Shown in pieces: positions 40,190 through 49,494 of a stretch of DNA of 64,000 nucleotides. The stretch lies in the IMG/VR virus record IMGVR_UViG_3300031998_000001, positions 323,655-387,654 of that record, one strand, 5' to 3'. Positions within the stretch are counted from its first letter, which is position 1; each line of letters opens with the position of its first letter. The stretch is from a virus. Taxonomy: Duplodnaviria > Heunggongvirae > Uroviricota > Caudoviricetes. The notes below the pieces were generated by a model. The model was not told the DNA's origin. It made no database searches and was given only the letters and a program-made list of their open reading frames with translations. The translations under genes and the position numbers were made by a program.

Positions 40190-40912
40190 TCACAGGTTCG
40201 GGAACAGGTCTGGGACAAGTCTAAACTGCGTGTTGTCTATGATGTTCTTCAACCCCTGCATAAGATATTCGTTGTATATGTCCGATGCTTGGGTAATTGG
40301 TTGTGCTGGTAGTCCGAGCCAAGCCATTATCTGGTTATAGTACATTTGTGCAGACCCTTGGTCGCCTCTGCTCAATGCACACAGGACGAAGTTGAGGAGA
40401 ATGCAGAATGCGTATGCCGTGCTTTCTGAAAATGCGATTGATTCCGCTGGCACAATCATCCCGCCGTTGACCGTGATGAGTTTTCCCCGCTTGAAGTCGG
40501 TGCTGTCGCTTATATCAAGCGTTGCCGTCCTCAACTCATTGGCATCGATAGTACCGTTTACTGTGGCATCTCCTGCAAAGTGTGCGTTTCTGCCTATGTT
40601 GATGTCCTGCTCGGTAGTCAGGCTTCTGCAAGTTATATCTTCCGTTATGCTCGCATTTCCCGATACATTTATGCTTCCCCGTGCAGTCAAGTCCCCCTGC
40701 AAGGTCAGGCTGTTCTGGACTGACAGGTTTCCGCCAGCAACGATGTCGCCCTCGCTTTCAAGGGTGATGCACTTCAGGTTGTCGGTGCTTATGTCGTCCG
40801 TCTTTTTCTGGAGCGTATTTATTGCGTCCGCAAGCACGCGGAAGTTGTCGTTTATCGTTATTCGGCTTGCCGACAACTTGTCGCTTTCGAGTATTTCGTT
40901 TATCGTAATCAT
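40190..40912 (-). CDS. tail fibre/spike-like protein with beta-helical repeats
   Basis: D..SASRITINDNF N-terminal motif; G-D/N-L/I-x-V repeats. Confidence 0.55.
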   Translation of the reverse strand: MITINEILESDKLSASRITINDNFRVLADAINTLQKKTDDISTDNLKCITLESEGDIVAGGNLSVQNSLTLQGDLTARGSINVSGNASITEDITCRSLTTEQDINIGRNAHFAGDATVNGTIDANELRTATLDISDSTDFKRGKLITVNGGMIVPAESIAFSESTAYAFCILLNFVLCALSRGDQGSAQMYYNQIMAWLGLPAQPITQASDIYNEYLMQGLKNIIDNTQFRLVPDLFPNL

Positions 40913-40922
40913 CTTCTAACTT

Positions 40923-41249
40923 TTATATGGCTGTCACTGGGCTTACTGGTATCAGTTCGATGAGCGCAACGAGTTGCTCTTCGGTGAGTTCGGTATGCCC
41001 GACTACAAGTTTGCCTCCGCACTCGATATCCCCGTTCACCCTTATTCCTCCTGTGACGCTCATATTGTTGAGGACATCAATCCTGAAGTTCGTGTCCCCG
41101 TCCCGACCTATGACTATTCGTGCCTCCCCGATGTTTACCGAAGCGTCAAAGTCGTTCACCGCCTTTTCAAGTGCCTTGAAGTTGTTGTTTATTGTTATTC
41201 GGCTCGCACCGAGTCCGTCAGTGCCTTTTATTTCAGTCAAAGTAATCAT
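40923..41249 (-). CDS. paralogous short fibre-like protein
   Basis: Same ASRITINxNF N-terminus as 40190-40912. Confidence 0.55.
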   Translation of the reverse strand: MITLTEIKGTDGLGASRITINNNFKALEKAVNDFDASVNIGEARIVIGRDGDTNFRIDVLNNMSVTGGIRVNGDIECGGKLVVGHTELTEEQLVALIELIPVSPVTAI

Positions 41250-41296
41250 TTTGGTATGTTTATAAATACTATATATTATTTATAAATTGCTTACAG

Positions 41297-42658
41297 ATGG
41301 GATTGTTCGATACCATAGTGAACGCATTGGGGGGTGATGACAGCAACCTCAATCCGCAGAACAGGCTCTACAAGGGGGACAGCGCGGTTGCCACTTTCCT
41401 TCGTGGCGGTTCTATAAAGAACGGCTATATGAAGGGGGAACTTGTGGGTGCAAACAAGATTGTCGCGGGCTTTGAAGACCCGACATACCTCGCCTTCCAG
41501 TTCATAGTCGATACTTCGGAGGGGCTTTTCCGCACCACCCCGACAAGCAGGGTGATGGCTACGGACGGTCTTATGAGGAGGAACGACTACTCATATACGG
41601 CACTCGAATACCTCAACTCCGCAGTGGAGGCTGCGAAGGCTCACGGTAACGCGGACAGTTCCAACCTTGAAGCGAAGAGCAAGACCGATGTAAAGGGGGC
41701 GTACAACAACCTCAAGGCTTTCACGGAGGGCTTCTATCGGATATGCAACGAATATCCGTACTACTTGCAGACGATAGAGGGCTTGCAGGATGTCTATAAG
41801 AAATACTACGACATTTCCAAAGAGCCGTTTATGGGTGGCAACGACACGAAGATAAAGGTTTCCTGCCTTGAAAGTATGGACTTGCGTATGCTCGCCCTGT
41901 TTGACGCATACCTTCGCGGTGTGTACGACAGGCGTTACAGGAGGATGCTTGTTCCGAGAAACCTGCTGAAGTTCAACTGCACAGTCATAGTCCACGACCT
42001 CCGCAGGTTCATAGGCGTTGTTACCGACGAGGGGACTGCGCTCGGCAACTGGAAGTTCGTGGAGCAGAATACGAGTATGATTATATTCGAGTTCAAGAAC
42101 TGCGTGTTCGATGTCGAGGCTGTCGGCGAGTCGGTGGCTGGGGTGAGCAATGCGGAAAAGACGCTCGCGAAGTCGTCCTTCCAGTTCTCGTATGACGATG
42201 TGGAGATAACCGTATGCAGCCTTGCCGATGCGCTCGAAGGCATAGAGGACTATGACAGGATGCGCAACTACAAGGATATGACAGACCAGAGCAAATATAC
42301 AAGGAAGTTCGGGGAGGAAATCAACTACCCTGAATACTATTCGGAACTTGACTTCGGCAATGCGTACGAGGACTATGGGGGACGGGGGCTGTTCAGCACG
42401 CTGTTCAACTTCGGTCAAAAGGTGTTCAACTCGGCGACATCCAATTCAAGTCTCGGCAATGTCTATTCGGACGGTGCTGTGGGCGTGGTGAGTAATATGC
42501 TCAACTCCATAGGTGCTGGCGGTTTCGGCTCATACCTGCAAATGCAGGGCAAGGAGGGGCTGAAAAATCTTGGTCGTGGTGCATTGGGCAACATACACGA
42601 CGACGATACGAGAGGTTTCGTGTCAAGAATGACAAACGGCGGTAAATTCAACTTATAG
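41297..42658 (+). CDS. probable virion structural protein (tail tube/baseplate-like)
   Basis: Late promoter; EDPTYL..F and CLESMDLR motifs; the assignment is inference. Confidence 0.45.
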   Translation: MGLFDTIVNALGGDDSNLNPQNRLYKGDSAVATFLRGGSIKNGYMKGELVGANKIVAGFEDPTYLAFQFIVDTSEGLFRTTPTSRVMATDGLMRRNDYSYTALEYLNSAVEAAKAHGNADSSNLEAKSKTDVKGAYNNLKAFTEGFYRICNEYPYYLQTIEGLQDVYKKYYDISKEPFMGGNDTKIKVSCLESMDLRMLALFDAYLRGVYDRRYRRMLVPRNLLKFNCTVIVHDLRRFIGVVTDEGTALGNWKFVEQNTSMIIFEFKNCVFDVEAVGESVAGVSNAEKTLAKSSFQFSYDDVEITVCSLADALEGIEDYDRMRNYKDMTDQSKYTRKFGEEINYPEYYSELDFGNAYEDYGGRGLFSTLFNFGQKVFNSATSNSSLGNVYSDGAVGVVSNMLNSIGAGGFGSYLQMQGKEGLKNLGRGALGNIHDDDTRGFVSRMTNGGKFNL

Positions 42659-42673
42659 CGGGAGGAAAGGACT

Positions 42674-44401
42674 ATGGCAAGCATAATGAACGAGGGGCTT
42701 CGCAAGACAATTCGCGTGCTCCTGTTTACCAAGTATATCGAAAAACTCGGACTCAAAGAGCCGAAGATACCAGACTTGAAGTTCTGGCAGAATTTCCAGT
42801 TGCCTCCTATGCCAGATGTGTCCGCCCTCATCGCGGAAGCCAACAGGCAGTTGACGAACTCCGACCCGAATGACATATACACGAGGGAGTATCTTGACGC
42901 GGTGGACGGCTACAACAGCCTCGTGTCGAAGGAGAAGGAGAAACTTGATGCGATAGTCAAGGAGCAGGAGGAGATAAAGAAACGCTCGAAGAACAAGGTT
43001 GCCGAGCAGAAGGACGGCATAGCCCTCGACCTGTTTGCCGAAGTCGAGGTTATGAACAATGCTGACGAGGCGATAGCGACGGCGAGGGAGGCGTACAACG
43101 ACGCGAAGAAGGAGGCTTGGCAGAACTTTGAACTCGATACGATACAGAAGTACAAGAGAGTGCCGAAGGAAAAGAAGAAGGGTGCGAAGAAGTCGGCTGA
43201 CGGGGAGACGAACTCAAAGAAGCAGAAGTCGAAGTCGGTTATGGCTGCGGCTATGCAGACGGCTATCGCAAAGCAGTACGAGAGGTATGTGAAGAAGCAA
43301 CTTATGGTGGTCAAGCGCAAGGTTCGGGAACTTGAGAAGTTCTACGAGGACTGCAACACCATATTCGTTGAAACCCCGAAGAACATCAAGAGGTATTTCA
43401 CCGACAAGGACGGTATGGGGAAGAAGATGGTCGATGAGGAGTGCGACAAGATAGACCGTTGCTGGGACAACCTGCTCGAATCAATAAAGGAACTCACAAC
43501 CGACATCGCCACTATGACAGCCAAGATACCGAACCCCGATGTGATAGTCGTGGGTACGGCTGCGGGTATGCCAAACCCGTTCCAGAAGATTATGATATTT
43601 ATGGAGAATGTCAAGAAGGTGGCAACCGACATAAAGAAAATCATAAACTATGTGAACGAGATGCTTTCCATCGCGAAGGCTCTCGGCTTCAACCTGAAGA
43701 ATTTGGAGACATTCATCGGCATAATGAAAGTGATAGAGGCGTTGAAGGGCGACTATGACAAGCAGTTCAGGAATGCCGTGAAGCAGTTGCAGAAGAAGTC
43801 GAAGTGGGTTGCGGAGATAAAGGATGTCGTCGAAGAGCCAGACAAAGACGATGACGGCAAGGAAATAGCGAGCGATGACGACGACCCCGAACACAAGACG
43901 CGCAAGGCTGGTTACAAGTATGCCGACCTTGACATCGACTGGGAGAACCATACGGTGGACATACTCGGCTACAGGTGCTACTGCACGAGAAAGGAAGGAA
44001 GGAAGAAGAAGGCTTGGCACGGCAAAAGTTACAAGAAGAAAGGCGGGGAGCGTATCGACAACAAGGGAAAGAGATACTACTACATATCTGCGGACGAGAT
44101 GAAGAAATTTTTTGTTTCGGCAGCGGAGGGGAACTCCACTTGGAGCGAGAACACTATGGACAGCGAGGATATGTATATGTATGATAAGGATGGCAACACG
44201 CTTCTTAACAAGGAGGGTTTTCCTGTCAAGAACGAGAACTACGGCAAGCAGGACAGTATGTATGCTGGGGCTACATACGACTATGACAGCAACACGACCA
44301 GACTTGTCCTTGCGGACGGTCGTATCGTCACGATAGACTATCTTGCGGAGGTCGGGGACAGGATAAAACTCAACGACGGCACATTCATAGAGGTCGTATA
44401 G
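42674..44401 (+). CDS. hypothetical Lys-rich coiled-coil protein
   Basis: 575-aa ORF co-transcribed with 41297. Confidence 0.7.
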   Translation: MASIMNEGLRKTIRVLLFTKYIEKLGLKEPKIPDLKFWQNFQLPPMPDVSALIAEANRQLTNSDPNDIYTREYLDAVDGYNSLVSKEKEKLDAIVKEQEEIKKRSKNKVAEQKDGIALDLFAEVEVMNNADEAIATAREAYNDAKKEAWQNFELDTIQKYKRVPKEKKKGAKKSADGETNSKKQKSKSVMAAAMQTAIAKQYERYVKKQLMVVKRKVRELEKFYEDCNTIFVETPKNIKRYFTDKDGMGKKMVDEECDKIDRCWDNLLESIKELTTDIATMTAKIPNPDVIVVGTAAGMPNPFQKIMIFMENVKKVATDIKKIINYVNEMLSIAKALGFNLKNLETFIGIMKVIEALKGDYDKQFRNAVKQLQKKSKWVAEIKDVVEEPDKDDDGKEIASDDDDPEHKTRKAGYKYADLDIDWENHTVDILGYRCYCTRKEGRKKKAWHGKSYKKKGGERIDNKGKRYYYISADEMKKFFVSAAEGNSTWSENTMDSEDMYMYDKDGNTLLNKEGFPVKNENYGKQDSMYAGATYDYDSNTTRLVLADGRIVTIDYLAEVGDRIKLNDGTFIEVV

Positions 44402-44404
44402 CGG

Positions 44405-44500
44405 TCAGGCACTCGCGCCTCCGTTGTTCCTGTGGTCGTCTATGTACTTGAACATAAGCGACAGGCACAGCAGGACTATACAGATTCCAATAGGTGTCAT
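44405..44500 (-). CDS. tiny membrane protein (31 aa)
   Basis: MTPIGICIVLLCLSLMFKYIDDHRNNGGASA, read by eye. Confidence 0.4.
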   Translation of the reverse strand: MTPIGICIVLLCLSLMFKYIDDHRNNGGASA

Positions 44501-44575
44501 ATATGAGCAATATATAGCATATTTCGGATTATGCACCATATCGTGCATATAAGCCATACGGCTTATAGATGTGCT

Positions 44576-44962
44576 TTATAAGTTGTTCGGCTTATAAGCC
44601 TTGCTGGGCTTGCAGGATACGCTTACTGGCTTGCACCAAGCGTAGCCCCCGTCAACCCAGACCGTGCGTATGCGGTAGTAGTGCGTGTCGGTAGCCTTTA
44701 TGTGCTCAACATTGTCGTACCACCTGTAGGTTGTCGGCTTCGGGTTGTATATGCACCCCTCCACCGATGCTATGCTGTCATACTCCGCACCGTCCTTCGA
44801 CCACTCTATCACATATCGGTCTATGTGGTCTTCCGACTTCACCCTCCATTTGAGTTCCACTATCTTCGTGCAGGTGGACACTGTTTTTACAGTCAGCCTC
44901 CCCTGCGGGTAGCACCAGAGGGAAACTGCGATGAGCGCGATTGTCGCAACGAGCCTTGCCAT
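44576..44962 (-). CDS. secreted FN3/Ig-like domain protein
   Basis: Signal-like MARLVATIALIAVSL; LKW...SE....Y.IEWSKDG..Y..I..V.G...Y.W.D...YYRI...DG. Confidence 0.65.
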   Translation of the reverse strand: MARLVATIALIAVSLWCYPQGRLTVKTVSTCTKIVELKWRVKSEDHIDRYVIEWSKDGAEYDSIASVEGCIYNPKPTTYRWYDNVEHIKATDTHYYRIRTVWVDGGYAWCKPVSVSCKPSKAYKPNNL

Positions 44963-44963
44963 A

Positions 44964-45305
44964 CTATTCGCCCTCCTCGTTAAAGTCAAAGAACTTCCCG
45001 CCCCACATATACGGCAGGTTGATGTGCTGGTGGCTCTCGAAACTGTATCCGTCCATATAGTCGTAGTCCTCCTTCTCGACATATATGTTGGCGTGCCCCT
45101 TCGAGTAGAAGGCAATCATCTCTATCGGCAGGTTGTCGCCTATGCCCCCGACAAGTTCTATCTTGTCGAGTGCCTCGTTTATGTCCTCGAACTTGCCCCA
45201 AGCGTTAGTGAAACCGCAGGCGTTGCGGTAGCGGACATAGAAAGTGTCAACCTTGCACGCTTCGGTGACGGTTGAAATCTGGTAGTTCAAATCTTCCCTT
45301 GTCAT
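44964..45305 (-). CDS. hypothetical protein
   Basis: Start re-called at MTREDL. Confidence 0.6.
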   Translation of the reverse strand: MTREDLNYQISTVTEACKVDTFYVRYRNACGFTNAWGKFEDINEALDKIELVGGIGDNLPIEMIAFYSKGHANIYVEKEDYDYMDGYSFESHQHINLPYMWGGKFFDFNEEGE

Positions 45306-45396
45306 TTGTAAAAAGATTAGCGGGTTAAACAAAAAACATTACATATTATTTATATGTGAAAATCTGAAATCATTATCTGTTAACTATATATTAGTT

Positions 45397-46215
45397 ATGG
45401 AAAGAAACATTAAAGCACAAGAAGATATGGAAAGCAACGAAAAGAACGAAAGGACTGCTTGGTTGAGCGTAGAGACGACTGGGCTTGACAGGATGGCTTC
45501 GAGGATATGTCGCATAGACATACTCATAGTTGAGGGCAAGAGCGTCATCAAGACATTGAACACGCTTGTAAACCCGACGATACCGATACCAGAGGAGGCT
45601 ACGGCTATAAACGGGATAACCGATGTGGCGGTGCTTGACGCGCCAGTGTTCGCGGAGATAGCCGATACGGTCAAGTCATACCTTGACGAGTGTTCCGCGA
45701 TAGGCGGGGACAGCGTGTCGTTCTTTGACCTGCCAGTGCTTATGGCGGAGTTCACCCGACTGGAGATGCCGTTCAAGGTGTTCGGCAAGCGCATAATAGA
45801 TACGCAGGACATCTACAAGAAGTATTGTCGGCACGGGCTTGACGAGAAACTTCGGGAGAGGCTCTCCCCGAAAAGGTATTCGGAGGTGACCGAGTACATA
45901 TCCAGAAACTGCATAGGCTATGACAATGATGCCTTCCGTTCGCTTATGCTCTACCGCTCGCTTGTCGATGACTTCAAGTTGAAGGCTGACGACATCGACG
46001 ATGTGTGCAACAACCGCAAGCGCATAGACCTTGCTGGCTTCTTCGTGAAGAACGAGGACAGGAGCGTGGTGCTTGCGAAGGGGAAGCACAAGGGGGAGGA
46101 CATCAATGATGTCGATAACTCCTACTTCTCTTGGATGTATCGGAACGAGAGTTTCGACTTTGACACCCGCGATGTCGCATACCGTATCTACCGCAAGCGC
46201 GGGGGGAAGAAATGA
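45397..46215 (+). CDS. DnaQ/Pol III epsilon-like 3'-5' exonuclease homolog (catalytic motifs degenerate)
   Basis: SVETTGLD, VNPTIPIPEEATAINGITD, FFDLPVL, IIDT, C-terminal GKHKG..I..V...YFSW. Confidence 0.8.
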   Translation: MERNIKAQEDMESNEKNERTAWLSVETTGLDRMASRICRIDILIVEGKSVIKTLNTLVNPTIPIPEEATAINGITDVAVLDAPVFAEIADTVKSYLDECSAIGGDSVSFFDLPVLMAEFTRLEMPFKVFGKRIIDTQDIYKKYCRHGLDEKLRERLSPKRYSEVTEYISRNCIGYDNDAFRSLMLYRSLVDDFKLKADDIDDVCNNRKRIDLAGFFVKNEDRSVVLAKGKHKGEDINDVDNSYFSWMYRNESFDFDTRDVAYRIYRKRGGKK

Positions 46216-46383
46216 TTTGGGACATATTTTTGTTATTTGTATTTTGTATTGTAAGACCGCCGTGGAGTTTCCCAGACACACGGCGGATTTTTTTATCGTG
46301 CCACAAATCGTGCCACTTGGCACGATACCGCCTGTGTGTTGTTGCATTTATAAATAAGTTATATATAATATATTTGTTTTGTT

Positions 46384-47235
46384 ATGGTACATATTAAGAG
46401 AATTGACGAGATGGCTGGGAACAATGTCGGTGCAATTAGGGGGGAATACCGTGTGTATGCCCTTGATGAAAGAACAGCGGACGCGGTTATGAGAAAACTC
46501 AACTGCAAGAATGTCGAAGGCATATCGGACGATATGTTCATCGACACTGCCGAAACCGAAGGTACTGTATGGTCGTTGGCTGGCTTTGTGGATAACTGGA
46601 ACAACAACGACCAGATGATGCCAAGTCCCGACTTTTCGTACATAAGGATATTCGACCGCAACGGAAGTCAGGTCGCCGTCAAGGACGATACATACCGCAT
46701 CTATGTGATAAGCAACGACAGCGCGTTTGTCGATGAATATGAATATTGCGATGAGATACCGAACGACAAGTTCATCGACACTGCCGAAACCGAAGGTACT
46801 GTATGGTCTCTGGCTGGCTTCCAAGACAAGTGGAATAACGACAACCAGATGTGCCCAGACCCAGAGTATTCTTGGATTAGGATTATCAGGAAAGATGCCA
46901 AGATATTGACAACCCGAAGGGGTGTTAACGAGGCGCAGGAAAATCGTTCCAATGCACGCCTCTGGAAAGTTGGCGACATACTCGTATATTCGATAACCGC
47001 GACGGCAAGGACTGTCATCTTTTACAGGGTAACAAGAACAACTGGTTCGACCATATGCGCTGAAAAGTTGCAAAGCACGTGGGCGAACAGCGTGGACGGG
47101 AAGATTATTCCCGATTTGAGAGCCAAGAGCACTGGAACGGAATCTTGGAGGATAAAACAGGACGGGACTTGTGGAAGCAGGTATGAATACATAGAAAAAT
47201 GGGACGGCAAACCCGAAGTGGAATGGGGTGACTAA
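46384..47235 (+). CDS. putative head-internal protein (leader MVHIKRIDEM) with internal tandem domain duplication
   Basis: Leader; FIDTAETEGTVWSLAGF..WNN x2; TATAAATA ~46348. Confidence 0.8.
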   Translation: MVHIKRIDEMAGNNVGAIRGEYRVYALDERTADAVMRKLNCKNVEGISDDMFIDTAETEGTVWSLAGFVDNWNNNDQMMPSPDFSYIRIFDRNGSQVAVKDDTYRIYVISNDSAFVDEYEYCDEIPNDKFIDTAETEGTVWSLAGFQDKWNNDNQMCPDPEYSWIRIIRKDAKILTTRRGVNEAQENRSNARLWKVGDILVYSITATARTVIFYRVTRTTGSTICAEKLQSTWANSVDGKIIPDLRAKSTGTESWRIKQDGTCGSRYEYIEKWDGKPEVEWGD

Positions 47236-47238
47236 ATT

Positions 47239-49209
47239 ATGGCTGTAATTGACAACAGGACTACCGCGAACGGCGATTCGCTGCTCATAAGCCTGCGCAC
47301 CCCGTACAAGGGTGTCGTGGAGGTGAGCGACTTCACAATCGACACGACTGGGGAGACACCGAGCGTGTACTACCGAAAGGAGTTCAGGTACAGCACGGAC
47401 GGGGTGCTCTACAACGACTGGCGGGAACTTACCGCAGAGAACTTGCAGAAGTTGCTCCTCAACAGTGCCAACAATTTCTACCCCCAGTACAAACTCACGC
47501 AGGTCGGTGACGGTGAACTCGCCTTCAACAGCATCGCCCTTGAGGTTACGAGCATAGAGGGGCTTGTGGAGAATGTCCCGCTGTGCAGTACGAGCGACGG
47601 GAGTGCTGGCGGGTGCTGTGGTGGAGGCGGTCTGGTCTATGAGTGCTGCGGGACGGACGGGATTTTCAACCCGTATGCCACTGGCAACGCCCCGACAATC
47701 TACAACCAGATGTCGCAACTCGTAGCCAATATGTTCGGCTTCTGCGTCACATACTTCAAGACATCGGCTGACCAGCGGAGCAAGGATGTCGTGCTCCACG
47801 AGTACAACCTCGAAAATGTCATTGCGCAGAACACCGTCAAGATAGTCGTTCCCGACAACAACCTCCCGACAAGGGAAATCAACTTCAACGCTATGATGCT
47901 GGACTTCCAGACGGTCTTTGAAGTCCACATAGTGAAGAGTATGTTCTGGGAAGCCTTCGGAATGGGAAGCAAGCCAGAAGTCCACGACTACCTCTACTTC
48001 GAGCAGTATATGAACAGGATGTACGAGGTCAACGCGGTAAGCGAGACGGACGACTATATGTACACGGGCGCATACTGGCGCGTGTCCCTCACCCCGTACC
48101 AGCAGAGGGCTGCGGTAAGGTTCGACACGGAGGAACTTGACCTCGCCACCCATACGCTCGTATTCGACAACGACAAGTTCAATGTGGAGGCGAAGGCGGA
48201 GGAGAAGGATGTCCGCAAGCCAGAGCAACTCAATACTTTCGGCACAGGCTCGAAGGACAGGGTAAGGAGGCTTCTCGACAAGGAACTCATAATCCAGCCA
48301 GAGACGATATACAACGGCTACACCGTCATAAGCAAGCACCACTACAAACTCGGAAGCATACGCACTGGGGAGACTGCGGTGGCGTACAGGTACGACGGCG
48401 GGATGAACGCCGACGAGGAGAGGATGGTGAGCCTGTGGTTCAGGAGAGGGAACATAGGCGGAAGGCAACTCGGCGACAAGCACGGCATAAAGTCCGTGGG
48501 CAAGAACTCCGAAGGCTACGCAGTCCTGACGCTCAATGACGAAGCCCCGATAACCGACATCAGGGAGGGGACGGTCGTCTTTATGCGACTTCGCGGGTAT
48601 GACGACACCCAGATTGTGTCGGGTGTTGACACCGAAACCAATGAAATCACTATAAATAGCAAATATATAAGGGGTGTGGACTACGGGACTGACGAAGTAA
48701 TCGGCACAGTCCAGTGGAGAAGTTCGGCTACCCTGTTCTCGCAGGACAATTCGCTTGACATACTTGCGACCGCGAAGGGCGTAGCCGTGAGGGTGAACGG
48801 AAACTCATACCCGTTCCCGATATACCCCAACAACACAAACGATACGATAAAGCCGAACTGCTGGTATGCCTTGTGCCTCGCATTGAAGCCTGCCGACAAC
48901 AAGGTCGCCCTCTGGGTGTATGAACTCGGAAGCGGGGAGAACGAGCGCAACAAGATGGACAGCAAGTTGAAGAACATATACTACAAGTGCCTTGACGGGT
49001 ACGGGCTTGCCTTCGGTGAGGGCGTATGGAGGCTGGTAGGCTCGCCAGAGACGGATGTCACGAACATAAGGATATGGAACTCCATCGCACAGGAGGAACT
49101 CCACAACCTGCTGTTGAGCCAGTACACCGTGCGTGATGCCCACCTTTGCGAACTATGCGACAACGCGCAGCCAGAACTTCTGCTCGACAAGGTTACGAAT
49201 CCAAGATAG
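47239..49209 (+). CDS. neck/head-closure protein (T4 gp14-like core) with LamG-like C-terminus
   Basis: G..VTYF...D..L.EY and F...FG....P...DYLYF...RMYEV pattern; upstream of the sheath gene. Confidence 0.55.
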   Translation: MAVIDNRTTANGDSLLISLRTPYKGVVEVSDFTIDTTGETPSVYYRKEFRYSTDGVLYNDWRELTAENLQKLLLNSANNFYPQYKLTQVGDGELAFNSIALEVTSIEGLVENVPLCSTSDGSAGGCCGGGGLVYECCGTDGIFNPYATGNAPTIYNQMSQLVANMFGFCVTYFKTSADQRSKDVVLHEYNLENVIAQNTVKIVVPDNNLPTREINFNAMMLDFQTVFEVHIVKSMFWEAFGMGSKPEVHDYLYFEQYMNRMYEVNAVSETDDYMYTGAYWRVSLTPYQQRAAVRFDTEELDLATHTLVFDNDKFNVEAKAEEKDVRKPEQLNTFGTGSKDRVRRLLDKELIIQPETIYNGYTVISKHHYKLGSIRTGETAVAYRYDGGMNADEERMVSLWFRRGNIGGRQLGDKHGIKSVGKNSEGYAVLTLNDEAPITDIREGTVVFMRLRGYDDTQIVSGVDTETNEITINSKYIRGVDYGTDEVIGTVQWRSSATLFSQDNSLDILATAKGVAVRVNGNSYPFPIYPNNTNDTIKPNCWYALCLALKPADNKVALWVYELGSGENERNKMDSKLKNIYYKCLDGYGLAFGEGVWRLVGSPETDVTNIRIWNSIAQEELHNLLLSQYTVRDAHLCELCDNAQPELLLDKVTNPR

Positions 49210-49226
49210 AATATAAACTGAACGAT

Positions 49227-49376
49227 ATGGACGAGAATAAAAAGATGCACGACCACCTCGAAAGGATAAGACGCTACAAGGGCAATGTCAATGATTTGAA
49301 GTCCGCAATCGAACTTGCGATAAGGCGTACCGAGAGGGAAAGCGGGACAAAGCACCCGCTTGCTGTCATAAACTGA
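49227..49376 (+). CDS. small hypothetical protein
   Basis: MDENKKMHDHL...; terminator at ~49415-49447. Confidence 0.45.
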   Translation: MDENKKMHDHLERIRRYKGNVNDLKSAIELAIRRTERESGTKHPLAVIN

Positions 49377-49494
49377 CATATAAAGCAGACCTTCTACGGC
49401 TAAACAATAATCGGAAAGCCACGCGGTTGTCGTGGCTTTTCTTTTTCTCATTTCGCTAAAATATAAATAAGATATAATATACTTTTATCTAATT

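Noticed and set aside
34809-48483. Long antisense ORFs (e.g. 34809-36845, 46348-48483, also 10418-12073)
   Set aside because: They are shadow frames of real genes caused by codon bias and have no recognisable motifs
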